Origin: Octopus vulgaris
Taxonomy: Eukaryota
Length of the DNA: 64,000 nt
Direction of reading: 5' to 3'
NCBI GenBank assembly: GCA_951406725.2
Contig: OX597819.1
Location: forward strand, 100,750,001 to 100,814,000
The translations under genes were made by a program, and so were the position numbers. The notes under the pieces are model-generated. The model was not told the DNA's origin. It ran no database searches and saw only the letters and a list, made by a program, of their open reading frames with translations. Shown one piece after another: positions 29,238 through 42,547 of this stretch. Position 1 is the stretch's first letter. Each line of letters starts with the position of its first letter.

Positions 29238-29691
29238 TAAGCAATAAAGGGTTTAGCAACGAATTGCCTTACCACATACCGAATTTAGAAATAGCAGTCA
29301 AAGAGTTATAGCTATTTCTTCTACTAAAAAGGGAGATCTCAGTAAAAAACACAGCAATTGGAAGGCAGACACAAACAGGTAAGAGAGAATGAATTGACGG
29401 CAATCTATCATAAAATTTTAAGTTATCTACGGACGCACGTTTCGAAATCAAGATTTAATTCTCATGCTTTCCTAAAAACTTGATTTCGAAACGTGCGTCC
29501 GTAGATAACTTAAAATTGTATGATAGATTGCCGTCAATTCATTCTCTCTTACCTGTTTGTGTCTGCCTTCCAATTGCTGTGGTTTTTACTGAGATCTCCC
29601 TTTTTAGTAGAAGAAATAGCTATAACTCTTTGACTGCTATTTCTAAATTCGGTATGTGGTAAGGCAATTCGTTGGTAAACCCTTTATTGCT

Positions 29692-29693
<2 letters not shown>
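29238..29693. repeat. Long inverted repeat, 215-bp arms and 26-nt spacer
   Basis: 29238-29452 is the reverse complement of 29479-29693, with about 3 mismatches by eye. The ORF track shows mirrored 60-aa ORFs. Confidence 0.97.
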
Positions 29694-29723
<30 letters not shown>

Positions 29724-29969
29724 AATTACTATTTGAGGGAATAAAATCCAAACTTACAAGGAAAAAAAAATCAAATTAGAAATACTAAATCAAATTTTAC
29801 ACGATATAAAATATATATAAAAAATTAGAAAACCACCTTTAATCAATTCAAAATGAATTACAGCATCTATAAATTTATATATAATAGAAATATTAAAATT
29901 AAAATAATAAAATTTCAATGATTAAGTAAATTGCAAAAAAAATAATAAAAACCTATGTAATTGTTAGAA

Positions 29970-30060
29970 TAATGACACGTGTTTCGTGGCTATATTTAAG
30001 AAATGATTATAGTCGTAGTGAAATCACTTCGAAATAAATATAGTCGCTAATCAGGTTAAA
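29970..30060 (-). ncRNA. Degenerate type-I hammerhead ribozyme-like motif with long stem II
   Basis: Reverse complement: CTGATTA-GCGACTATATTTA...GAAGTGATT..AATCATTTC..TAAATATAGCCAC-GAAAC-ACGT-GTC. Confidence 0.6.
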
Positions 30061-30200
30061 AATAAACTAGAACAATAAAATAATTAATTAATAAATATAT
30101 TTTAATATATATATATATGAAAATACTAAATATACATAAGTGAAAACTAATACAATACTTAAATTATTAAATACTTTAAAATTAAATAAAATGCACAAAG

Positions 30201-30675
30201 CTAGTACAAATCATTAAATTGTAATCAAAATAAGAAATGGTTCAAATATAGACAAACTCCTTGAAGAAGCTAATCATATAATAAATATACATGTGTAGTA
30301 TCTATAGATTTAATATAACAATCTATAACAAAGTTGACTAAATATCAAATAATATAATACCTAATTAACTTAAAATTTAATATTAAAAATAAATAATCCA
30401 CCTAATAATTAAATAATATATTGTCTGACGAAATTAATTCTTAAAATTAATTAACTGTAATACGTTAGATCGCTTTATATAAATATATATATATCTAAAA
30501 ATATATAAATAAATAAATAAAGAGATATAAGAATTCATATCTATCGTAACTTATATCTATCAATATATATAAAAAAGATATAATGGCGAGAATAATATAT
30601 AGTTATCTTATTTAAGGAGTTTGTCAATATTTGAACCATTTCTTCTTTTGATTACAATTTAATGACTTGTACTAG
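30201..30675. repeat. Inverted repeat, arms about 62 bp (30201-30262 and 30614-30675)
   Basis: ctagtacaaatcattaaattgtaatcaaaa...gacaaactcctt versus aaggagtttgtc...ttgattacaatttaatgacttgtactag. Confidence 0.9.
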
Positions 30676-31134
30676 TGAGGGACCACTATCTGAGAGAGGA
30701 ACACGGATGTAAAGATTCACGTGATTGCTAATCATGCCAATTTGGTCTGTCACTTGATGCTAAACACAGAGACAGGCGTTTATCACTACAATACAACGAT
30801 GTATCTTGAGGGCGACCTCAGTTCTCACTCCATATATGGAAAGTATTGTGATGATGGAAAAGTGGCAATGCGTGCAAACCTAACCAGTTGGTAACGCGCA
30901 ATTAGTTGCAACTTTCGTCTGCCGCCTATCTTTTAAACCATGGAGATCTGGAGCAGGACTGAGTTGTTATCTAAGAGCTGGTGGAGTAAAAGCCAAAAAT
31001 ACCATCGATAAATAAGAGACGGCAATCCTGTGTGAAATTGGAGTAATAGCTACGTACGTATATTCATATACAATACTCATAGTATTTTACAAGCTTAAAA
31101 GCGACAACCGCGCAATCACTAAAGAAAATAGTCT

Positions 31135-31660
31135 AATAATAGGGTATATAAGCCCACGGTTGAAAGAAATAGGCTTTCCCGTACGCGTGGGACTCGAACC
31201 CACACGTTTTTGGTTTCGCGACAAGAGTGCTAGCATTACACTAGCGGACAAGCTACTCCATTCCGACAGATTTAAGGACTATAATTAGTTCGTATTATTG
31301 TTTTTGTAAACAAACAGTCATGGTAGCGTTCTTGTGAAAACAAAGAGGCGTGGGTTCGAGTCCCATGCGTACGGGAAAACTTATTTTCTTCCGTCGAGGG
31401 ATTATATGTCTTATTATTAGTCACTGCACGGTGAACACTTATAAGATACAACTACTAAAATTTACTGAATTGTGAAAATCGACGCTGCTTAACAAAAACC
31501 ATCGCAGTAAAAGCACATGAAAAATTTGTTGACAACGACAACACAACGAGCTAATTACAGTTCTTCAATCTGACGGAATGAAACGGGTTGTGCGCTAGTG
31601 TAATGGTAGCATTCCTTTCGCGAAAACAAAGAGATGTAGCTTCGAGTCTGACGCGTACGG
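31135..31660. repeat. Three copies of a tRNA-like unit (one on minus at 31135-31275; two on plus at 31318-31420 and 31567-31660)
   Basis: A box tagtgtaatggtagc, B box gggttcgagtccc, shared cgtacgggaa end and shared flanks. The anticodon arm is not canonical, so this is not called a tRNA gene. Confidence 0.8.
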
Positions 31661-32147
31661 GAACCAAATAAATAATCTTTTCTTCTGTAGGTACAAAGTT
31701 TGAAATTTTATCGGCGGGAGCAGCATAGTTGAGTACTTGTGTGCAACTGGTAATTTCACAACGACACTGGTAAAGCGTTACGATATTTTACTATCAATCC
31801 AGTTATTTGTTGAAATATCTTTCAAAGCCCGCCATTTACTGCACTACATCAAATCATACAGATATAAAGGAAACGATTCTTTTCATGACGCTCCTCTCAT
31901 ATCCATTTTTTTTTTATTGCGCGGGCCGTTTTCATGTTTTGGTCTGCGACTATAATGGAGCACTGCCTTGTCGGGAAAACATGGATGCTTGTACTTTTGG
32001 TATGTCAGTGTGTATGTCTGTGTTTGTGTGTGTGTGCGTGGTTCTAATATCATCACATTTGGTGAGACGTTATGTTACGGAGTCATTGTGAAATCGTGAT
32101 AGGGTACGTATACCCACTTACAAACATCCACACATACACCATTATAT

Positions 32148-32209
<62 letters not shown>

Positions 32210-32211
<2 letters not shown>

Positions 32212-32580
32212 GAGGCGCAATGGCCCAGTGGTTAGGGTAGCAGGATCGCGGTTTCGATTTCAGACCGGGCGTTGTGAGTGTTTATTATTAAGCGAAAACA
32301 CCTAAAGCTCCAAGAGGATCCGGCAGGGGTGGTGACGAACCCTGCCGTACTCTTTTATCACAACTTTCTCTCACTCTTTCTTCTTGTTTTTGTTGTACCT
32401 ATATTTCTATGGGCCAGCCTTCTCACGCTCTGTGTGACACTGAATCTCTCCGAGAATTACGTTAAAGGTACACGTGTCTGTGGAGTGCTCAGACACATGT
32501 ACGTTAATTTCATGAGCAGGCTGTTCCGTTGATCGGATCAGCTGGAACCCTTGTCGTCGTAACCGACGGAATGCCTCAAC
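32210..32580 (+). mobile_element. tRNA-derived SINE family C in (TA)n
   Basis: tggcccagtggttagg A box and gtttcgatt B box. Head shared with 54325. Confidence 0.8.
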
Positions 32581-32873
32581 ATATATATATATAAGACGGA
32601 ATACTAAATTCATTCATAGCGCACTGATCGTTCTAGGGCTACAGAAGAAGACACTGACCAAGGTTCTAAGTATTCTGAGGGAACCCGAAAGCCGGTGGAT
32701 GAAAACTAATATTTGCAATTATATATTTCATTAATATAACAATGTTATTTAGTCTGCCCCTAAAGAGAAATAATTATTTTGTTCAGCTTAATATACATAC
32801 GTACACACACTCACACATGTGAGTATACATATATATACATATATAAATGTACACACACACACACATATATATA

Positions 32874-32951
<78 letters not shown>

Positions 32952-32973
32952 TCTTTTAAATTCTCTTATGGTA

Positions 32974-33081
32974 ACACCTGATGAAATGAATCAATGATAA
33001 TGATCAACCGGATGCCCATGGATGCTACGGATTATACTGTACTCATTAAAAGCATGTGATTTATGGAAACGCGCGTTGCAA
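32974..33081 (+). ncRNA. Type-I hammerhead ribozyme-like motif with long stem II
   Basis: CTGATGA (32978)-aATGAATCA...TGATTTATg-GAAAC-GCGC-GTT. Stem I is weak. Confidence 0.6.
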
Positions 33082-33133
33082 TATATTGAATATTTATAAA
33101 TTCTATTCTAGAATTATTTTTATTATGTGTGTG

Positions 33134-33192
<59 letters not shown>

Positions 33193-35199
33193 CAAAATCG
33201 AAAATTACCCTTTAACAGGTAATTTTTACATGCTAGAAAGAGCAGCCAACACGGCCAAAAACCACAATTTAATAGCAAATTTCGAAGTAGATGAAAAATA
33301 AAAACCTTTAACTTGTTATTTAAATTGTTTCAGTATGTACATACATGTGCGTGCACCTTTACATTATGTGATATGTAACGGCATCAATCGGCAACTTGTA
33401 TTATATTATGTGTATGTGTGTTTGTGTATGTGCTAGTGTGTGTATATATATACATATTTATGTGAAACTGTACTTGTATATGCATATATACACAATCTTA
33501 GTAGACACAAACATAGACACACAGACACTTACACATTGATTTTTTTTTATTTTAAAAATGACGCTACAAAAAAGGTATTGAGACGCTTCGTTTAACAAGT
33601 ACACAAATATTTAGGACCCTCTCAAATATACAACGTCTAGCACGCATCCATACCCACACACACACACAAAAGCCAAGAATTATACCTTAATATAAGCGCT
33701 TCTCTGCACAGTGAAACAGTAAATCAATCACATACAAACAAGTTGGAAATTACAGAAGACCTCGAAAGTCAACCTCTTCACTTCCCTTTATCTAAACATT
33801 AAAAGAAAAAAAAAACTGAAGTTGAATCAGGAAAACTTGCCAAAATGAACTAATTTACGCTCGCTTTGTTTTTCTGCACATATGTGTAAGAATCATACTG
33901 CTGTAACTATTGTTGATGTTGTTAGAAAGTTTCATCTATGTTATCAATGAGCAGAGTCGAAGAAACTAGTTTGGTCCGAATGATTTTCAAATGAAATCAG
34001 AAAAGAAAAAGGAAGGAAAACCATGATGTAATGCAAACTCCACACGAACTATAATAAAATGTTTTAAGACCTCTTCAATGTAAACTAAAGTAAATTTTAG
34101 TTGAATGTAAATTCTGATTGGCCCTCTTTACCTTGTGTTTCTTAATCACCCATTAAGTGGTTTTTACGCTCCACTGAAGCACGTATTACGATTAACAACA
34201 GAGGTTACCATAAAGTTCTACACAAATGCATTGTGATTGGGTGTATTTTATTTTATATTATTTTATTGTTCTCTCTCTCTTATTTCTTATTTTTGCTTTC
34301 ATCGTTGCTTGTTTGTTTGTCAGATGTTTTCTTTCTGGTTTAGGAGTCCTAAGTCCGAGTAGTTGTCTTCATTTATCAATAGTAACTGCTTCTTTTCTTG
34401 AACTTAACGAATAAGATTTTACATTTTCTTTAAATTCAATATTTCTTCTGAGTAAGTAGCACTTTCAAATGAAGTGTTTTTTTTCTATTTACCTTGCTCT
34501 TTCTCTTTCTATCAATCTCCCCCTCTCTCTCCCTCTCTCTCTTCCTTCCCATTTCTCTTTCTCTCTCTCTCTCTCCCAGACATTTTCTAAAGAGTACACA
34601 TGCACAACTATATAATAGTATACAATAGACTTGGAATGCAATTAAACTTTCTAAAATACCCTTGCAAGTTATTCGTGTATGAATTAACAGCCAAGTAACA
34701 CTGATGAAAAAATTATTGTTATTTACATTTATTATTTTCCAAATATATTTGTGATACTTCGTAATCTTTTATCATCTTTTTTTTACTTAAGTAAATGTTT
34801 TCATGATCGAATCATTCTGTATTCCCTGAATGATTGACGGTTATACCTATGTTGAAGCACAACTGTTGAAAGCTAGTATGAATAACTGTACATCTTGTAC
34901 ATTGCAGATATATAATAGTGCGCGATGTAGGAAGAGACAGGACGAATAAGTTCATGGAAAGTCTTCGATGAATCTGTGGAACTTTCGGCAACTAGAAATT
35001 TAATGGAGTATTTCAATATGCCTAAAATTTCATTGGTAAATGAGTGCTTCAAAGGCAACCAGGTTATTCATTGAAGTTTCAAGGCAAATATTATCTACAA
35101 CTTCCGAAGTCACATACAGCAGAATTCAACATTCCAGCTAACCATTGCAGTTTCAAGTTTTAAAGGAACAATAAAAAAACATTTTTGTCTATGATATAT

Positions 35200-35612
35200 G
35201 GCGGTGAGCTGGCAGAAACGTTAGCATGCCGGGCGAAATGTCTAGCGGTATTTCGTCTGCCGCTACGTTCTGAGTTCAAATTCCTCCGAGGTCGACTTTG
35301 CCTTTCATCCTTTCGGGGTCGATAAATTAAGGACCAGTTACGCACTGGGGTCGATGTAATCGACTTAATCCGTTTGTCTGTCCTTATTTGTCCACTCTAT
35401 GTTTATCCCCTTGTGGGCAATAAAGAAATAGGTATTTCGTCTGCCGCTACGTTCTGAGTTCAAATTCCTCCGAGGTGGACTTTGCCTTTCATCCTTTCGG
35501 AGTCGATAAATTAAGGACCAGTTACGCACTGGGGTCGATGTAATCGACTTAATCCGTTTGTCTGCCCTTATTTGTCCACTCTATGTTTAGCCCCTTGTGG
35601 GTAGTAAAAGAT
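35200..35612 (+). mobile_element. SINE family A with tandem partial duplication, 18-bp flanking direct repeat
   Basis: Full copy at 35200-35430 followed by a headless copy at 35431-35612. atttttgtctatgatata occurs at 35181-35198 and 35629-35646. Confidence 0.9.
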
Positions 35613-36489
35613 AGATATAAAGCTTCAAATTTTTGTCTATGATATAAAACTTCAAATGTACAAAAGTATAAGTTCGTAAATACATACACACACATTCGCA
35701 CATGCATACATATGTACATATGTATGTATGTGTGTGTATGTATGTATATACATATGCGTGTGTGTGTATACATTCACATGCATATAATATATATTGTATA
35801 TCTATATATATGTGCACGTGTGTGTGTGTGTGTGCATTTGTGTATTAATGGACGAATGTTATACAATGATGAAATATTGTCTGATATCGAACTGAATTAA
35901 AAACGTGGAGTTATTATCTGGTAAACACGCAATACAAGTTATATAAACACAATATGACGTCATATAGAACAAGTATAGTAAATAAACATAACAGTTTTGT
36001 ACAAACAAACCGAACAATGAGCTTTGTTTAGTAAAATGTAATTTCGTATTCTCTGGGCGAGATATTAACTTTAGTGAACTGACACGTGATATGTAAATAC
36101 GAAGGTTTGAGTTAGGTCTAATACAAGGGATAAACTAGTATTAAAGACACGTAATTTTATACTTCAAAATTAATGAGGAGTGTGTATGTGAAAGATAATT
36201 ATTTACATCAAAACTAATCCAAGATAAGTTTGTATAAATAAGAGAAGCAAACGTATAGGATGGCAATGCATAAATTATACGCACCCGATTTCTCGAAATA
36301 TTCAGTACATCAAAATTGTGACGCGCATTTTATATTTATAGATGCAAATAGTTAGCCATATGATTTTTATGACACCAAAAATGGAGTTCTTTAGAGTATT
36401 ATATTTTCTTCTCTGAAAATTCTTATTTTTTCTTTATGTCTATTTACCGATTCAATATATACATATAATTCAAAATATGATGTTCCAAA

Positions 36490-38520
36490 TTTTGGCACAA
36501 ACTTAGCTGTTTGAACAGGAAAGGGTAGTCTAGTACGTCAATCTCAATATTTGAGTGGTACTTTATTTTGTCGACACAGAAAGCATGAGAGGCAAAGATA
36601 GCCTTGATGGGATTTGAACGAATAGAATATCGGAAAAAATGTCGCTAAGCATTTTCTCTGACGCGATAACGATTTTACCAGCTCGCCACCTTTTATACTT
36701 GATATAATTCTTTCTACTAAAGGATTGAAACTTTGTGGTTGTGCGACCCTCAGTTTATATCATCCCGCTTGACTCGTACTTATTTTATCGATTGCGGAGG
36801 ACGAATAGAATATTCGAAATCAGCGGAATTCTAAATATAAGAAGAATTCAATGCAAAATTAATTAACATGTAGGGGCATGTATACTGTGGTGCAGAAAGC
36901 CACATCATGTGATCTGGGAATGAAGGAGGTTTCAATCCCCAATTGAAGTGTTATCATTGCGATTCATCAGTTAATATTCTGATTAATTTTCCTCGAAGCA
37001 GCATCTGGTTGCCTATTGAACAACCAATAAATGAAGTGATATTAGCGAGAAATACGTACAACCCTTGTGTTCTTCGTTAAACACCAATAAATACATAGAT
37101 GTTACAGAAAAATATATATTTTCAGTGCTTGGTTAACAATCAGGAAATACGCAGATTTTGGAACAAGGCCAGTATGATCATGGGAGAGGCTAAGTCTATT
37201 ACATCGACCACAGTTCTCAACTCGTACTCATTTTATCGACCCTAAAAGGGATGAAAGGCAAAGTCGACTTCGGCAGTATTTGAGCTGAGAACTTAAAGAC
37301 GGATGAAATGTCGATTAGGATTTTGCCCTGTGTTTTAACGATTCTGCCAGCTCACCGCCTTTACATACACAGATAATAACAGTAAAATACTTAGAGATCT
37401 CTTGATAAAAACAGCAGCTTAAAATTGGTGAGTTGGCGAGATAGATATATCATTTGGTTTATATATTTATCGTCTGTTACGTTCTGAGTTGAAATCCCAC
37501 TGAAATCGACACTGTCTTGCATCATTCCTTTTCGCTAATATTATGCATTATCCATGTACTGAGTCGTATTTAATGGAATATAATGTTTTTTTTCCCTAAA
37601 TAGTTGATCGGGTGTCTATATTTTTACATAAAAAGAAATGTAAAGAACTGAAAGAATCGGTAAAATATCAAAGAAAATGCCTCGCAATATTTAGCCACAG
37701 CTTCTTATGCTCCGAGTTTAAGTCGATCTTTGTTATCTACTTTTTATCCTTATGGAAACGATAAAACAATGTACCTAAGAAGAACTAGTAACAATGCGGC
37801 CTATTGTACACCCACTCCAAATAAATGTTTGACCTTGTTTTAATGTTAGAAATATATTTTATTGCTACAAAAAACGGGGCCTCGGACAAAATATCAGGAG
37901 TTATTTTGCTATCATACATCATATTCTACAACAAGCCAACTGCGAATATACAAAATCAACAACGGCTCATTTTGATAAGCCTGAATAATGTAGACATTTT
38001 ATCAAATGAAATAGTAAACGAGTAAATGAGATGAAATTTTAAAATTTGCATTATTAGATGTTGCTCACATCATAAATATACGTTTTAAATTTGTACTGAA
38101 ATTTTGAAAGTGGTAAAGCCATTTTTGTGAAACAAGAAATTCTTGAGAATTGAAGCAATACAACCAGATTATTGATAGATCCCTTTCTACACAATAGTTT
38201 AAAGTAGTTTACAACTCATATTTTAGAAAATGGATAAATGAGATATTGTTAGACGCTAAAAGACTTCTGGTAAAAGGCAATCCTAGTAATGGTCAGAAAA
38301 TTGTTCGAAAGTTTCTCCTCTGTCTTGCTCAAAACAGCGAATTATAATCCTTTCTATAATATATACAGGGGCTGAAATTTTGGTTGGGGGTGCTAGTCCA
38401 TTACAGCGACCCTAGTACTTATTTAAATGGTAAATATTTTGTCGACCCCGCAAGGGGATGAAACCCAACTCGGACTCGTTGCGAATTGAGATCAGTATGT
38501 AAAGACGAATGAAATGTCGT
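36490..38520. mobile_element. Several old degenerate SINE family A copies (about 36490-36690, 37155-37360, 38350-38520)
   Basis: Recurrent tcgaccc...gatgaaaggcaaagtcgac...gattctgccagctcaccgcc motifs. Confidence 0.65.
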
Positions 38521-39530
38521 CAAAGAAACGTATTCTAATAGAACATTAAAAATTAGTTTAGTGAAACACAATTTGGTTTCTAGTTAAAATATTTCATTGC
38601 AAATACTTTTCATTGATTTAATTTATTTTGATTAAATAGAAGTCAAAAGAAAGCTTTTCTGAGAGAAAAAAAAATATATATGTAACAATGTCATCTTGAT
38701 AGTGGTAGATGTTTTACAGTTTATTATATATGAATTGAAATGAAAGGAAGGGATGACCTGAGTGGGAATACAATTGAGAAACCGGAAGAAAAGTAAAATA
38801 AGTATATTAATAGATTCTAATCTGAAATGAAACTGTAGACATTTTATTTTTATAAATTTCATGAAATGCCAGACAATATTAACGAAAAGTAACAAAATTG
38901 ATATTGAAATAGAGTAAATCGGGAATACGTTGTTGCTGAATGGTTTTTTGAAAGGAAGGCAGTAATTTTCATTAGTTAAAATGGTTCGTTGAATCGCTTG
39001 TTTTGCTAATTTAATTCTCACGTTATTAAGAGATATAAGTAAGTAAATATAAAAGAAAGCAAAACATAGAAACATCCGCTCGCGGTATTATGTATGTTTG
39101 AAATTCTCCTATGGAAAGGCGAACATCACTCGGTATATTGCACGTTGCTACGAATTTGAAAGGAACGGAACCCGATGGCAACCCTTGGGATCAAATTTCA
39201 ATGTTAAAGCTGATCGATATTTGTCATGCTGAGCTGGCAGAACCGTTAGCACGGCGGGCGTAATGCTTAGCAGTATTTCGTCTGCCGCTACGTTCTGACT
39301 TCAAATTCCGCCGAGGTCGACTTTGCTTTGAAACAGCTGTAAGAAGTGATTTTAATGATTTCAATAATTTATATTATGACTTTTATAATTTGTATTCTTA
39401 TCTTATATGTATTGAATTATAAGATATATATGTATGCTATTGAGGTTCTCATTTTGTTAAATGAATAAATAATCTAACATTATAATAACTGAAAATTGAT
39501 GAACAAACTCAATTTGTTTCTCCCTTTTCA

Positions 39531-39574
<44 letters not shown>

Positions 39575-39585
39575 GTATATATGTA

Positions 39586-39661
<76 letters not shown>

Positions 39662-40097
39662 ACTAAAAATAAGGGTGGTGTCTGAGAGACACCACCATGC
39701 CGAAATCACCCAGCGAACACCCACCATGGGTCATCACAATTGCTCAAGGTAAAAATGAATTCCTCGCTCTTTCGGGAACATCAATCTTCTATATTGACTG
39801 CTTTCCACCATTTTGATCTGTTTTTTGTATTGAATACGTATCGCCACCGTGGGCCACTGCATCGAACACTTTGAATATATAGCATGAATGAACTTACTTC
39901 AAACTATATTTGAACTTTAAGATGTCTGACTCCGTTGTGTATTGTAAATGAATTTCTTGTGTTTGACGGCATGAGCTGTCTTTTTTTATATATAACTTTT
40001 TTTGATAAGGTTCATTTCAGGAACTGAAACATGTTATAATGTATATATAAAAATTAAAAATTGTATAATATAGCAGCATTTTCGAACTTCATTTTTT

Positions 40098-40139
<42 letters not shown>

Positions 40140-40159
40140 TTATATATGTATATATAAGC

Positions 40160-40208
<49 letters not shown>

Positions 40209-40269
40209 TATATATATATAGATATACATATATATAAGAATATAAATATATATATATATAGATATACAT

Positions 40270-40326
<57 letters not shown>

Positions 40327-40360
40327 TGTATATATATATATATACATACATGTGTATGTA

Positions 40361-40403
<43 letters not shown>

Positions 40404-40807
40404 TATATACATATATATATATATATTTCTGTCTACCAAATACACTTACAAGACTTTGATCGACTCGAGGCTATAGTAGAAGAAACTTGTCTAAGGTGCC
40501 ACGCAGTGGGACTGAGCCCAGAACCATGTGGCTTAGAAGCAAGCTTCTTGCCACAGAGCCATTCCTATATTATTTTACTAGTTTCACTCATTGAACCGTG
40601 TATGTGATGGATCACTGCCTTGAAGAAGTTTATCGACGAAATCGATCCCCAGTTCTTATTGATTTCAAGCCTGGTACTTATATCAGTTGGTTATGTTGAA
40701 CTTTTTATGTTACGGGAACGTAAACACACTAATAGTGGCTACCAAACTGTGACTTGTTTACATCTCCGTAACTTAGCGATCTGGCAAATGAGACCGCTAG
40801 ATTATGT

Positions 40808-41136
40808 ACCGGAGACCCCCTTCGGTCACGAATGACCATGGGATTGCACCTAAAAAGTTAGGCACAATTCCGGGCAAGGTTGTTATGGAAGATCAACAGT
40901 CACCCATGCATACTAGCCTTCCCTCTCCACACCACTGATGTTATCCAAGGGAAAGGCAAAGACCGATACAGCTTGGCACCTGCGACGCCGCAACTCATTT
41001 CTACTGCTGAGTGAACTGGAACAACGGGAAATAATGTCTTGCTCAAGAACACAACACGCAGCCCTGTCCGGAATTCGAACTCACAACCTCACGGTCGTAA
41101 GATCAACACTCTAATCAATGAGCCATGTGCCTTCAC
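40808..41136 (-). mobile_element. tRNA-derived SINE nested in a family B SINE
   Basis: Reverse-complement head gtgaaggcacatggctcattgattagagtg...gtgagttcgaattcc. Imperfect TSD agattatgtac / agattaagtaac. Confidence 0.75.
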
Positions 41137-41294
41137 AGATTAAGTAACTGGCTGGAACTAAATATAAATAATGGGTTCGAAACGTGTGACTAAAGATCTT
41201 TAAAGCGGTGCCCTTGCGTGCCTGCAGTCTAATAAGTAAAACAAGTAAAAGATTGTATATATATACATATATATATATATATACACACACAACT

Positions 41295-41400
41295 AAAAAT
41301 AAGGGTGTCTGAGAGGAGAGACACCACCATGCCGAAATAGCAAGTCAGGGTTTTGACTGCTATTTCGGCATGGTGGTGACTCTCAGACACCCTTATTTTT
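41295..41400. repeat. Fold-back palindrome of about 105 bp
   Basis: aaaataagggtgtctgagag..caccaccatgccgaaatagca..tgctatttcggcatggtggtg..ctctcagacacccttatttt. A half copy lies at 39661-39706. Confidence 0.93.
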
Positions 41401-41475
41401 TGTTGTAAAAAATTATTACCTTTGTAGGGTATTTTTTCCCATGCTGGCCACTTGATAATATCGATATTATCCTTA

Positions 41476-41518
<43 letters not shown>

Positions 41519-42071
41519 ATTTCTGGGTGGTTATAAATTCAAGCAAAATACTTCTTGAGCTTTCTGTTAGTATACAAGGCTACTAATATTGTTTAGATTG
41601 GTAAACTCCAATATTCCTGCAGCAGGGTTCGAGGTTATAGCTCAACACTATTCCATACCGTAAATCCCTGGTTGCGCTCCAGTTATGCAGTTACATAGAG
41701 TGATATACAAGACAAGGTATAAACATGATCATTACATATTTTTCCTTTATTAGAATAAATTTGTCTTACACTTGTTTCCGGTGTTCTTTAATCAATAGCA
41801 TTATATATCTGCTGAGAAAAGTTGAGTGACCTACCTAAAGCATTAATGTTACTTTCACCAAAACCATTTGTGGTTATAGCAAAGTAGAACTCTCAAAGAA
41901 TGTTACAAGGATGGGGTGATGGTTAGAAGAAAAGAGGCACGGGGAAGAAAAGAAGCACGTGGAAGAGAGATAAATACAAAAGGGAAAGAGAAGTGATGAC
42001 TTGGAAGGGAGGAAGTAAAGTGAAGAGAATGAAAGAAAAGAGAGGAAGGATTAGAATGAATAAAGGAGGGA

Positions 42072-42109
<38 letters not shown>

Positions 42110-42547
42110 ATGTATATGAGATGAAGCTTATACACGTACACATGCGAGAGCTTAAGTTTCAATTTTCTAACATACATTCAAATAGAAATTAGCGACTTAA
42201 TTTTGGAGAAAAAAAAACATAGTTAATTAAAACCCAACAACATTAATGTAGCGTACGATGTAATTAACCTACGTGTTAATTAATACTATTTACGCACCTA
42301 ATATAACATATATTCTGATCTTATTATGAGATTTGGTTACTTAATGCACATTTGACAGGCAAGCATAATTCCTCCATTAACACCTGCAGCACACAAATAC
42401 TCTAAGGAACAATGTTACTATAAATGTGCCAATAATCCCTGTCTTAGATTTGCTAATTTTGAACATAATGCCTGCACCATATTGTTCAATCTGAAAATTA
42501 ACGCAATAGAAACATCCGTATTTCAGATAGTTTCATTTTGTTTATTA

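Noticed and set aside
29269-29662. Two near-identical 60-aa ORFs on opposite strands
   Set aside because: Artefact of the inverted repeat. Non-ATG start and no protein motif.
31181-31250. Functional tRNA gene (also 44362-44435)
   Set aside because: Broken acceptor or anticodon stems and embedding in repeats indicate tRNA-derived heads.
41764-41900. GAAAC-AAGT-GTA on minus (and GAAAC-AGCT-GTA at about 39330 on plus) as HHRs
   Set aside because: Only 3' half motifs, with no convincing CUGANGA partner. They may be truncated remnants.
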